The translations under genes and the position numbers were made by a program. A stretch of DNA of 64,000 nt from Massalongia carnosa (Eukaryota), in the NCBI GenBank assembly GCA_965645245.1, contig OZ287067.1, positions 2,542,001 to 2,606,000 on the forward strand, written 5' to 3'. The notes under the pieces are model-generated. The model searched no databases, was not told the DNA's origin, and was given only the letters and a program-made list of their open reading frames with translations. This document shows positions 25,318 to 36,821 of this stretch, piece after piece; position 1 is the first letter of the stretch; the number at the start of each line of letters is the position of its first letter.

Positions 25318-27406
25318 CAGTCAGATCAGGTGCTGATTAAGAAACCTCGGCTAGCTAGTTCGTCTATGGCGAGAGCTAGTGCGGGACCGATGCTATTCGG
25401 CTACTAGCGGATTCGGCTACCAGCGGTTCTCCACGCATGACGGGGACAACAGGTGATGCAAAATCCGGAAAGATGGAGGCTATATAGAGGGCCAAAGCAG
25501 TCCTACATCTCCTCATCATCTCGGATTCGGAGGTAGCACTGCATAGTAGTTTTTGACCCGCCCACCCACTCCAGGTCTCAGCCGCAGAGGTAGAGGGAGT
25601 ATCCACCGCGATCTGCACCAAGGCCCGAAAGGGGGCGCTAGGTAGAGGCGCCGGCGAGAGTGACGGCGCCAGCGAGGTGCAGATCGCTGTGTTTCCGCCA
25701 ACCTTAGAAATAGAAGCAATACGAGGTCACATGAACTAGTAAGAAACTCGGACGAAAAGACCGTTTTTTTTCTGGTGAGGGATAAGAAACCTCGCTCTAT
25801 TAGAAAGTTTCTTAACTTTCTCTAAAAATTTTGCGGTGGTTTCTTACAGTAAATATGACTTCTCCTTCGACTTCTTTGAGATATAATAGTCAAAATCCGG
25901 AGACTCCATCTCGAAATCCTCGAAAACGTCCTACATCCCCGCTTTCTCTCAGAGAGAGAAGCAGAAAAAAGCGCGACGCCTTTACCGACGACCAACGACG
26001 AGCATTACGACAGCGTTACCAAGATCCTGCTGTATCTGAAGATGACAAGAAATACGAAAAACTGGCCGTTTGGTTTGACAATCTTTACTGTCATAAAATT
26101 GACAAAGGACAAGTTTCCAAAATCCTCTCACATAAATGAGCTCATCTGGATACATCTCACGCATTGCTACGCCCGAATCTGAAGAAAACTCGAACTGCAC
26201 ATTGGCCTGAATTAGAAACAGCCTTATTTGAATGACAACAGCGCATGCAACGCAAAAGAGCGCCTTTGTCGGGCCATTTGTTAAGAGAAATGGCCTTGAA
26301 ATTTTGGAAAAGATTGCCTCTGTACGAGTACCGTAATCAACCATCTCCCAGGTTCTCTATTGGATGGCTGGATTCTTTCAAAAGAAGATACAAGATTACA
26401 AAACATAAACAACACGGCGAGCTCGGTTCCGTCAAGCGTGTGGAGGTTGAAGAAGAGCTAGAAGTAATACGGGTACAGCTATTATCATACGATCAGGAAG
26501 ATATCTACAACGTGGATGAAACTGCGTTATTTTGGAAGGCTACACCCAGTACTACATTGGCTACGGAACAGCTCCCAGGCGGCAAGGTGGAAAAAGCGAG
26601 AATAACTGCAAATTTCTGTTGCAATGCTATTGGAACTCACAAGCTTCTCATATGATTCATTGGGACGGCCAAAAATCCGCGTGCTTTTGTTCACAGGATG
26701 TTCACGCTTGTAACCTGCATATGATATGGTGCAGTAACAGCAGAGCTTGGACGTCGGGCGATATATTTTGGGAGTATTTACGCTGGTTTAATGACAGCGT
26801 AAGTCGTAAGGTTGACTGAAATCTCGTGTAATCGGGGCAAAATATGGGCCAATGACTCGAGAAGAGGCAGAGAAATATGGCTATCTCAATGAGACTCGGG
26901 TGCAAGAGCAAGAAACGGAGCAACGACTACAGGTACAAGCTACAATACGGCGTTTGGAAGACCGTGGTCATATACAAAGCGCCATGCGTATTGGCGAATT
27001 TCTGAACCCTGTTGAAGAGGTGGTAGAGGATACCGAAGAGGATTTGGAGGATCACATCGTTGCTATATATGATGGCCAATGAAAGGGAATACGAGACGGA
27101 GGAGGTCATTGTATCACGTGTTCAAAACAAGGACGTTCTACGAGCTCTTGAAACGTAACGGTTATATGAGGAGCAACGAGAGGTCGGTGACGATGATTTG
27201 ATACGTCGTCTGAATCGTAAAGAGTGGGATATCAAGACCTCAATGGCGATAAGCTCTAGGCAAGCTGTAATGACGGATTTCTTTGTCATTAGATAGTCGA
27301 TAGGTATAGTCTTGAAAATATGCCAAGAATTTTGATATTAGAAACCTCGCCTAATAAGAAACCTAGATGCTACGATTTTGGAGTTTCTTATAACCCGATC
27401 TGACTG
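25318..27406 (+). mobile_element. Defective pogo/Tigger-like (CENP-B HTH + DDE_1) transposon with internal deletion
   Basis: TIRs CAGTCAGATC(A/G)GGT at both ends. ORF from 25855 has WPELETALFE*, FSIGWLDSFKRRY, HGE, IYNVDETALFW and KARIT; three in-frame TGA stops; the DDE domain breaks off at about 26815. Confidence 0.9.
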
Positions 27407-27408
27407 TA

Positions 27409-28831
27409 TCATGATTTAGAACGGGATACACCAACTAAAAATCAGTGCTACGGTCGCATAGATACAGGACAGTCACTGCATAAAATTCATGCTGCCACAG
27501 GGGTGCATCGGGACACTCTCCGCAAATGGCGAAAACAGCGCGATGTTGGGCACACAGTCAGGAGAAAAGTGCTGAACGGATTGGAAAAGCACGAAAAGTC
27601 TCCGATGTCACGGTGCGAGGTCAAGTTGGTAATTCAGGTGGTGCAAACGTATGACTTAATTGTCTAGCTAGGTGGACAAGACGTTCGACAAGGAGAAAAG
27701 AAACAGAAAATCAAACGTGGGCGAGTATAAGACTGACGAGTGGAACTAGTCCCAATCCGGATGTTGATCCAATTTCCACCCGAGTCCCTATCATGACACT
27801 ATTGGCACTTACGGTTGCCCTAACTGAATCGGATTAGGCTTAGTCCAGGTGCCCAGTCACTCCATGACATCCGATTGGGAAATCAAAAGGTGCTCAATTG
27901 GGTGCTTAAGGAGAAATATCCCGGAAGACGTTTGCCATTTGCTCATTTATGCAAACGTCACAATTTATCAATTCATCCTCGAACTCTTGCACGACGTTTA
28001 GCTCAGTTGGGCTATCGCAAATGCATAGCATGTCCGAAACCTTTAATTAATGAAAAGAATCGAAAAATTCGACTCGCTTTCTCTATAAAGTTCGAGAACT
28101 GGACGCATGCTTGAAAAGAAGTTCGATTCAATGATAAGAGCACGTTTTACACGGGCAAACACAAGAAGGATCAAATTCTTCGCAAGACAGGTGAACGGTA
28201 CTGTCTTGATTGCATTCAGACTCGTTTTCGGAGTGGTAGAACGTCTCTTTCAGTATGGAGAATGATGGGATGGGGATATAAATCAAAATTGATGTTTTTG
28301 CAGAATCTTTCTGGAGCCAGAGGGGGAATAACCAAAGAAGACTATATAAAACAGGTGCTACTACCGATTGTTTCTCCGTACTTTCAGGAAAGTAACTATA
28401 TTTCTCCTTATGAACGCACCGAGCATTCTCTTCATACCCGAGAGTTCGGTGAAATTCTCTTTCAGGAGGATGGAAATCGAGCTCATGGTTTGGGGTTTGG
28501 AAAGCGAAATCTTTCACAGCTGAAAGAGTCATTCAGAATTCCATTGTTTAACGATGATGCATGGCCTCCATGCTTACCAGATTTCAACATAATCGAGAAT
28601 GTTTGGAGGATAATCAAACAACGAATCGGAAGTTATGAAAAGACTATCACCACTCTGGATGACATGAAGAAGGCCGTTCAGCACGAATGGAACGAGGTAA
28701 AACAGGAGGAAATTGACAATCTGCTGGCTACAATGCCTTCTCGTATAAAGCAATGTAAAGACAGAGAAGGTAACGCAACCAAATGGTAGAAATGAAGAGA
28801 ATGTCTGTGTTTTTTTGATGTTCCGTGACTG
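27409..28831 (+). mobile_element. Defective Tc1/mariner-superfamily transposon (5'-truncated), interrupted by a solo LTR
   Basis: ERDTPTK...HTH, GYRKCIACPKP, VRFNDKS (decayed FSDES), FQEDG, WPPCLPDFNIIENVW and SRIKQC...GNATKW*. Right end reads GTGACTG then TA; no matching left TIR. Confidence 0.88.
27606..27869. mobile_element. Solo LTR of an LTR retrotransposon, 264 bp
   Basis: Begins TGTCA and ends TGACA; flanked by the perfect 5-bp duplication TCCGA (27601-27605 and 27870-27874). Removing it rejoins transposase-like sequence. Confidence 0.9.
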
Positions 28832-29513
28832 TATTTCGAAATTATTGGGGGCACGGACCAATGTCACCCAGCCTTGTACTTTCCTTAGCGCTCATCATCC
28901 CTTCAATCATGCGAGTTGCCTTCCGACCGTCATTAAGAGTACTCCGAGCCTCGTGTACAGAGCATGTCGCGAACGGAGTTTTCTTGATACTAGCGATGTG
29001 GAGCCAACATTATGTTTACCCTAAACAGCCGCATGGATTGGGCGGAAAGGTTGCGAAACTATTCTACAGGTCTTCCTATGCCAGGGAAACACCCCCTCAA
29101 TCCTAGTAAAAGCAACGAGCCCCCAAGCCCAATTCCCACAACCTAGCGAGACTCCAGCGCTGCCTGGCTACAGACCAGTGGGCTTAGCCGCTGCAAACAT
29201 GAAGCAACACTCGTACTCCGTACAGAAGTAAAAAGGTGGCTTAAGTAATGCGATAAGGCGTCCGTTAGCTAATTGTATGCTGTTGCTGCAGTAAAAGGCT
29301 GTGTAGCCTGAAACTGTTGTTGACGCATATATGATGCACCTACCCTTCGCTTTTCTACTCCTACGCCTATAAGTCTCTTAAATATGCGGCAGATCCATCG
29401 CAAGAGAACAAATTCTACGCTTTGCTACAGCTCAATGAGACCAGTTTGGGAGTCTTTAGAAGATAAGTAGTGATTGGAAGCTGATCGCTATCGCTGCCAC
29501 CAGAAATATCGGT

Positions 29514-30177
29514 ATGGGGATTTTCAGCAACCCAAAGCTTCCGTACTTTGTGCGCATCGTCCAGCTGGTTTTCAGTCTTGGATTCTTGATTCTCATATGC
29601 TATGGTGGAGTGCATCGAGGTTGGTGGAGAAACATAAATGGAGCGCTCGCTGTGGGAGGTATGTCATTGCCGTCATTTTGTTTTCGCTAAGGATGGATAA
29701 AAAAGCAAAAGCTGATAGGTGTATAGTTATCACTTCAATCTTCACGTTTGCCGTCACCATTTACACAATCATCATTTATCATCGAAACAACCCATTTGCA
29801 GGCCATGGCAAGGCGTTCACCTTTGCAAGACTTGGCGTAGAGGCTCTTGTCTTCCTCCTATGGATTGCTTCTGCCACCCTGATGCTGCGGCCTAAGAGCG
29901 GCTGTCATCCAAGGAATCCACCGGGCAATCCTGACGCATGTTTCAATGGCAATCATGATAGTCATCCTAAAAAGTGGACGGATCAGCCATTGATCACATG
30001 GGATATTGCAATAGGTTTCAGCTTTATTGAAATGTAAGTGAAGCTTCCAAACGCTTTTCAAGATGTTTGCTATTTTAACGCGGTTAACATACGTCTCTGA
30101 ACAGCGTATCATTCGTCCTCTCCGCCGCGTTGGTTTTTATGGAGAACAGATTAACCCAGGCCTCTGGGGGAGCTTGA
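29514..30177 (+). CDS. Small 4-TM membrane protein, MARVEL-like, 3 exons
   Basis: MGIFSNPKLPYFVRIVQLVFSLGFLILI...; introns about 29659-29727 and 30034-30104; RLGVEALVFLLWIASA; TGA at 30175-30177. Confidence 0.75.
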
Positions 30178-31717
30178 GTTTGCAAGAAAGGTATTTTGGT
30201 AGATTTGTGTATGGAGAAGCAACGGTCACAGCGCGTTATTGAAGCTGAAAAGGAGTGTACTGCCCTAAAATTTTACGATAAGGGAGCTGCCGTCCTCGGT
30301 AGATGTTTCGATACAAATTTCCGTCCATTATGGACGATGACCATGCAGGAGCATTGATAACGATCAGGGTGCAGACATGCCCCGTTTCTCCGTAACGTCT
30401 TGTGCTCGTTGTTTATTAATAGTCTCATGTACGGGGTACTCGTTGGCCTAATCTCAACTCTCTTCAGCGCACAGCCCTCTCGAGGTTTGAGTAGGAAATC
30501 AGAGTGGTACAATGTAGGATAATGAAACATTCGAAGCAGGGCGTTGCCTTCTTGTGTACAGAGTAGTAACCACATTTTCGGTACACCCTGGATTAACTGC
30601 GATTCCCCATTAGGTCTATTTGCACCTAGTCATCACATATATCTCTCTGCCATGACCATGAGAGAACCAATTTGACTTGCAACAATCAGCACAGCTGAGT
30701 GGTTAAGGTAAAGTTGGCCCACGAGACATCCCCAACACGCAGAGCACATCACAGTGACAACAGCAATGGTCACAATCACCCGTTTTCCCTCCAAATGCTG
30801 TACGATCCCTCTCTGCACTGCCCTCGCTAACTCACAATTTGTCCTGCAAACATTCAATAATGATCGCCAGAACTTTCACCCGTTCCGTCAACTGGGATCC
30901 AAGTGGCTGTGAGGTGTAGCAACGGAGGGCATGTCAGTGGTATTTATAGAATGCAGATTTTCCATTTTCTGTATTCTCGAAGTTGATTTGGGATGAGTTT
31001 CAGGATTGTAAGAAAGGAGTCTCAACCACCATCCTTATTGTTGCCCATCGATGAAAGACGGACAGCCCTCCAGAGTACAGAGTACAGGACGGCTCCTACA
31101 TAGATTGGTACGAGGTATCACGTGATCTGGCCGAAACGGGACAATACCGCCCTAGCGTTTTCAGGCCTCCCAAATTTACTGCATTTGCATCCTTCGTTCG
31201 TTAATGCATCAACGGCCCCCGACCTCAGGGGACCAATCACACTATGGAAACCCCTTTTCACTTCTCTCCTTCACCAAATCGGCTAGACGATTGGCTCTCG
31301 GCATGCTCAGTCATGAAGAATCACCCATCCACATCTTCCGCACAAATCCTGGTAGTGCATCATCTTCAGACTAGGGCTCGTGTGCTTAGAAGTAGCTCTT
31401 CTGATTACGGGGCGTGTGAACTCATAGTGCTGCAATGTCAACATGGCACGGAAAGAGCATCTGCGGTATATATACTTTTAGGCTTGCCATCCCCATCCTA
31501 CCTTACCCAATGAATAGTGCTCGACTTCACTTCAAGCTGTGACCATAGCTTGCCACTCTCTTGGCTCGGATATAAGACGGATCCAGGTTTCCAGAAAAGA
31601 CCAAGACATCCCATCAAACGAAGCAACATCGAGGTCTTCATTGCTGGTAGAGTGGCGTGAAAACAGGTTGATTGATACCGTCGTTCTCTGTGGTGGTTCA
31701 ATACCTCTTCCGCCGCC

Positions 31718-33094
31718 ATGCGTTTTGAATCTTCCTTGGTTGCCCTCGCAATCCTAAGCAGGGTGGCCCACGTTCAAGCAAAGACGGTTTTTGCACATTT
31801 TTTAGTAGGCGTTGATCTACAAGAGGCTTGTAATAGGGCTGACTAGTGTAGATTGGTTTAACAGCAAGCAGCACATCGGCTGATTGGGAGGACGACATCA
31901 CCAAGGCCAAAGCTGCAGGTATTGATGGGTTCGCTTTAAATATCGCACCACAGGACTCGTACACGACGGCATCACTCCAGAACGCAGCTAATGCGGCAAA
32001 CAACATTGGAGGGTTCAGCCTCTTCCTCTCGTTTGACTATCTATCTGGCGGCGCGTGGGATGCGGAAGCGGTGAAGAGCACTATAAACTCATTCGTCACC
32101 ACTGCGGGTCAAGCCCAGTTCAGATACAAGAATCAGCCACTTGTCTCGACATTTGAGGGTGTGTCCAGCAAGGGGGACTGGCCAGGAATCAAGGCTGCAA
32201 CCAATTGTTTCTTTATCCCTGATTGGACGAGCGCAGGGCCTGGGGGTCTCCCACTAGACATTGTCGACGGAGCCTTCAACTGGGATGCCTGGCCTCATGG
32301 GCCGCAAGCAAAAGATACCGCGGCGGACGTCCAATGGCAGCAAGCTTTGGGAGGGAAGCCATATATGATGGGGGTATCGCCTTGGTTCTATACTAACCTC
32401 CCGCAATACAACAAGAACTGGGGATGGAGGGGTGATGATCTGTGGTCTACCCGGTGGAAGCAAGCGGCTGACTTGCAGCCTGAATTCGTTGAGGTTTGTT
32501 TTCTACCCTCCACCATAAAGTTGACCATGCGCTTAAACTACCAATCAGATCATTACTTGGAATGACTACGGCGAAAGCCACTACATTGGCCCCATCCGAT
32601 CTGCTGGCATAGTGTCGGGCGCCAGCCGTTACGTCTCTAACAATCCGCACGATGCGTGGCGCAACATACTCCCCTATTATATCTCTACGTACAAGAATGG
32701 TGTTGCCCCTGCTATTACTGAGGAGCAGGTGGTCTTTTATCATAAGCCCAACCCGTCCACCTCCTGCTCTGATGGCGGGACCGTAGGCAATCAGCCCGGC
32801 GATCCTTCATTCACCATCGAAGAAGTGTCCCTCGATCAGATCTCGATTGACGTCCTTGTGCACTCGTCCGCGGACGTGTGTGTGCAGGTTGGGACCAACC
32901 CTGTAATAGAACTGCGGGCCGAGAATGCGGGCGCCAGTCATTTTGCTTTTCCGTTTAACGGGCAGACTGGTGCAGTGACGGTAAGTTTGAAGAGGGATGG
33001 GCAGACAGTGGCCACAGCGAAGGGCCCGGGGATCTCCACGAATTGCCCGAATGGCCTGACAAACTTCAATGCCATCGTTGAGGGATCGTTATAA
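31718..33094 (+). CDS. Secreted glycoside hydrolase family 71 (alpha-1,3-glucanase / mutanase), 3 exons
   Basis: Signal peptide followed by KTVFAHF; AKAAGIDGFALN, LFLSFDY, PLVSTFEG, YMMGVSPWFYTNLP and ITWNDYGESHYIGP; introns about 31805-31850 and 32494-32548. Confidence 0.95.
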
Positions 33095-34127
33095 AAGACC
33101 CTAAAGATCCAGGTCTCTTCCAAGAGCGTTTACATGCACATTTAGTTGTTTTTAGCCTACCTAGGGTTCTAGCTTCGATTAATCTTGTACAGTATATTAA
33201 ATACTATATCATTCCTTCTGCGAATTGGTACACTGTTTAACCAGTTTTAGCAGTGATCGCCAATGGATTCGGGTATCGCACTTATTGTCCCAAAACTAGC
33301 GTACTTATACTATGTACGTCTCCGCAGTTTAGGACGGAGGATAAATAATCATAGAGAGTACCAGCCCTCGGGTCTTGACTTGCCAAAAGTAAACACTTTG
33401 AAAGCGAGCCTCACAGTCTCGTCCACGTCATGATTATAAGCCCCATGCGGCTTCCCCAACTTGACAAACGCACTGAAGAGTTTGACACCCGCTTTTGGCG
33501 ACTATCTGATCGAGGGACCTGACAGATTATGCTTGGTCATCGTCTAGCGCGTTGGGCACGACATTGAACTAGCAATATGAAAACGGGTCGATGTGTCAAC
33601 CCGGGCCAGACTTGTATCACAGGGTGAAAGGCAAGGTAAAAAAAACCCCCTCAGGGAAATTTGAGCCATATACGGACGACGAACCAGGAATGGGCTGGAT
33701 CGAGAGAGGTTATTGACTGCTTAAAAGGTCGCGCAATGGCTTTGAATAGTGTTGACGGTTAAGTCCAGCGTATCTCTTCGTTCGGAGATGCCACTGCTCT
33801 GTATACCTAATTTCCGTGCGAGAACCCGCACGGTCATCCTGAATACGCGATGTTTTACATATCGAAAAACAATACTTCGGGTTTTATTGCAGCAGCTAAT
33901 AATTGTTGTTTTGGAAGAAGAAAACAAACGATGCCGTGGAATAAGAAAAAGTAGACTGGACGGAGCAAGATCGAAGCTAGTCATCAATCGAGTTATATGG
34001 ATCAGATGTTCCAGGTGACGAGAGCTATATTACTCTCTTCTCGGATCATCTATAGTGATTTTTTTTGGCTACGCAGAATTTTGCCTCTAGGCCTCCATTT
34101 TACAAGAGTTGGCTTGTGTCGATTCAA

Positions 34128-36821
34128 ATGCCGCGCACGCACCCGACCCAGCAGCATGGCAAGACCCACGAAGGTTCTTGTTGCTGCAGTCCCGTCCAGC
34201 TAAGATGCGAAGCAGAACATCCCAAACAAAATCCTCGTGTAGAGTGGGGTGGGATTGCTTCATCGAAGAAGATAATCCATTCAGCACCCGCCTATTGTAG
34301 CACTTCTCCGCTGTCTCAATTGGCTCAGCACCATGGCTGTTCCTCTACCCCTCGGCGCTCTCGACACTTGGATGTGGAAAAGTATGAAGCGCCTTTGGAG
34401 CAGGTGATACTCCGTTTCAAAGGACCCGATTGTGCGGGTTGCGCGAATAAGATTTTCAAGTGCCTCAATTCCATACCCGGCCTTCTCCGATTGAGGACAA
34501 ACCCTTTACTTTTACAGGCAGAGTTCGATCTCAACAAAGACGTTGCTTCAGTTCCTGAAATCATAAATACCGTTCAGAAGGTGACTGGATATGACTGCGA
34601 GAGAATTGTGAAGAAATGGCAGGAACTCGAAGCTATTTATCCTGAACAGCAGAAGGACTTAATTGCAAGAACATATCCTATCGGGGTCAAGGACGTAATT
34701 TTCAAGGGCAAAACCAACATTTATATCCAATACGACGCTGAAATCATAGGGCCGCGTGATCTATTGGGCACTGCTTTTGGGACAAACCTGCGTTTGGCTC
34801 CTCCCCGGGGCAAGTATCAGGCTACGAACCCTATACACAAAACGGCCTACTTGACTCTTATCTCGTCTATACTCACGATTCCTATATTGATTTTATCTTG
34901 GGCGCCGTTACTAAAACATAAAATTGCTTACGGCGCTGTCTCTTTTGCATTAGCGACCATCATTCAGGTGGTCGTTGCAGGCTCTTTCTATTTTAGTGCT
35001 TTCCGCAGTCTTTTCTTCATCAGGACCATAGATATGAGTGTGCTGGTGGTTTTAAGTACAACGGCGGCATACGTCGTTTCTGTCATGTCGTTTGTGTACC
35101 AAATCAAAGGTATGAAGTTAGCGATAGGAGTATATTTCGAAACTAGCGCTCTCATGGTTACTTTAATTATGGTTGGAAGACTGGTCACTGCGTATGCATG
35201 TCAGCGAGCAATGGAGTCTGCATCCGTCCGATCTTTGCAAGCTGCTACAGCATGTCTTATCAGCCCGGCGGATAAAGAGAAGTCCGGGCGCAAAGAGATT
35301 GATACTCGTCTGCTACAATATGGCGACATATTTGTGGTGAAGCCGAATTGTGTAATCGTAACAGACGGAATCGTAGTTTCGGGGGCCTCGGATGTTGATG
35401 AGTCTATGATGACGGGAGAAGCGCATTGGATTGGGAAAAAGCCGGGCTCTTCTGTCGTGGCAGGATCGATCAATCGGTCCGGTACCCTTCTGATCCAGCT
35501 CACCAGGTTGCCAGGGTCGAATACAATCAACGAGATAGCCAGCATGGTTGATGAAGTGGCTTACACCAAGCCAAAGATCCAGGAGACTGCCGATCGTTTC
35601 GCTGGATATTTCGTTCCGGTGGTGGGTCTGCTCGCTTTGATGACTTTGTCCATCTGGTGCGCAGTTGGCATATCGATCCAGAACCAGTCAGCTAAAACCG
35701 CCGTTCTAACAGCGCTATCGTATGCTATCTCGGTGCTAGTAGTCTCGTGTCCTTGCGCTATCGGGTTGGCCGTACCGATGGTCATGTTGATTGCGAGTGG
35801 CGTGGGTGCAAAACGGGGCGTGGTCATCAAATCTGCAAATGCGTTGCAAGTTGCCCGGCACGTTACCCACGTTGTGTTCGACAAAACTGGTACCTTGACC
35901 GAAAGTCATCTCGCTATCTCCGCCGAGACCTACTACGCCGAACCACCCTCGTTAGCCGCAGCTCTCATCCTTGGCCTCACGGCCAATTCCCAACATCCAG
36001 TCGCCCGCGCAGTAGCGAACCACGTCGCGCAACTAGGCTTCGAAACCGCTACGCTCGAACACGTAAAGACAGTGGTCGGGAAGGGAATTGAAGGCACGTT
36101 CAACAATGAAATCATCCGCATCGGCAATGCCGACTGGTTAGGCGTCGAGACCTTCCCCCCTTTGCAAGCGCTCCTATCCCAAGGCCTCACGGTCTCCTGC
36201 ATCGCCAAAGGCCCCGTGCTCCTCGCTGTCTTTGGCCTCGCCGCTTCCCTACGCGAAAACGCCGCCGCCATCGTCTCCGCCCTACACACCCGCAATATTG
36301 ACGTCTCCATCCTCAGCGGCGACGAGTCGCGCGCCGTGCAGCACGCCGCTGACTCTCTCAATATCCCTCTAGCGCTCACCCGTGCCAAATGCTCGCCTGC
36401 GGAAAAACGCGATTACGTAAAATCCCTGCAGCAACAGCAGCGCTCGCGGCAAGGAGCTGCCGCCGCCGTTGTTCTTTTCTGCGGCGACGGCACCAACGAC
36501 ACCGCCGCTCTCGGGCAGGCCGACGTGGGCGTCTACATCCACAGCACCCCCGCCGGCATGTCCTCATCAGCCGCCGACGTGGTCCTGCTGAGTCCCTCTC
36601 TCACAGGCATCTTGACGCTCATGGAGCTCTCGCGCGATGCAGGGCGGCGCATCCGCTTCAACTTCGCCTGGTCGGCCATGTACAATTCCGTGGCGATCTT
36701 GTTTGCCGCGGGGGCGTTTGTTCATGCGCGCTTGCCGCCGGAGTACGCTGGGTTGGGGGAGGCGGTTAGTGTGTTGCCGGTTGTGCTAGTGGGGCTACAG
36801 ATGAGATGGAGGGGTTGGTAG
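34128..36821 (+). CDS. PCA1: P1B heavy-metal-transporting ATPase, Pca1-like (Cd/Cu), intronless
   Basis: HMA motif DCAGC, TGE, SCPC, DKTGT, HP and GDGTND. C-terminal YN...AAGAFV...PPEYAGLGEAVSVLPV resembles yeast Pca1 rather than Ccc2/CopA (MxxSS). Confidence 0.9.
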   Translation: MPRTHPTQQHGKTHEGSCCCSPVQLRCEAEHPKQNPRVEWGGIASSKKIIHSAPAYCSTSPLSQLAQHHGCSSTPRRSRHLDVEKYEAPLEQVILRFKGPDCAGCANKIFKCLNSIPGLLRLRTNPLLLQAEFDLNKDVASVPEIINTVQKVTGYDCERIVKKWQELEAIYPEQQKDLIARTYPIGVKDVIFKGKTNIYIQYDAEIIGPRDLLGTAFGTNLRLAPPRGKYQATNPIHKTAYLTLISSILTIPILILSWAPLLKHKIAYGAVSFALATIIQVVVAGSFYFSAFRSLFFIRTIDMSVLVVLSTTAAYVVSVMSFVYQIKGMKLAIGVYFETSALMVTLIMVGRLVTAYACQRAMESASVRSLQAATACLISPADKEKSGRKEIDTRLLQYGDIFVVKPNCVIVTDGIVVSGASDVDESMMTGEAHWIGKKPGSSVVAGSINRSGTLLIQLTRLPGSNTINEIASMVDEVAYTKPKIQETADRFAGYFVPVVGLLALMTLSIWCAVGISIQNQSAKTAVLTALSYAISVLVVSCPCAIGLAVPMVMLIASGVGAKRGVVIKSANALQVARHVTHVVFDKTGTLTESHLAISAETYYAEPPSLAAALILGLTANSQHPVARAVANHVAQLGFETATLEHVKTVVGKGIEGTFNNEIIRIGNADWLGVETFPPLQALLSQGLTVSCIAKGPVLLAVFGLAASLRENAAAIVSALHTRNIDVSILSGDESRAVQHAADSLNIPLALTRAKCSPAEKRDYVKSLQQQQRSRQGAAAAVVLFCGDGTNDTAALGQADVGVYIHSTPAGMSSSAADVVLLSPSLTGILTLMELSRDAGRRIRFNFAWSAMYNSVAILFAAGAFVHARLPPEYAGLGEAVSVLPVVLVGLQMRWRGW

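Noticed and set aside
25855..28114. UGA-as-Trp recoding to explain TGA at Trp positions
   Set aside because: Host genes here end in TGA and use TGG for Trp, and the same elements also carry frameshifts and deletions, so mutation is the simpler explanation.
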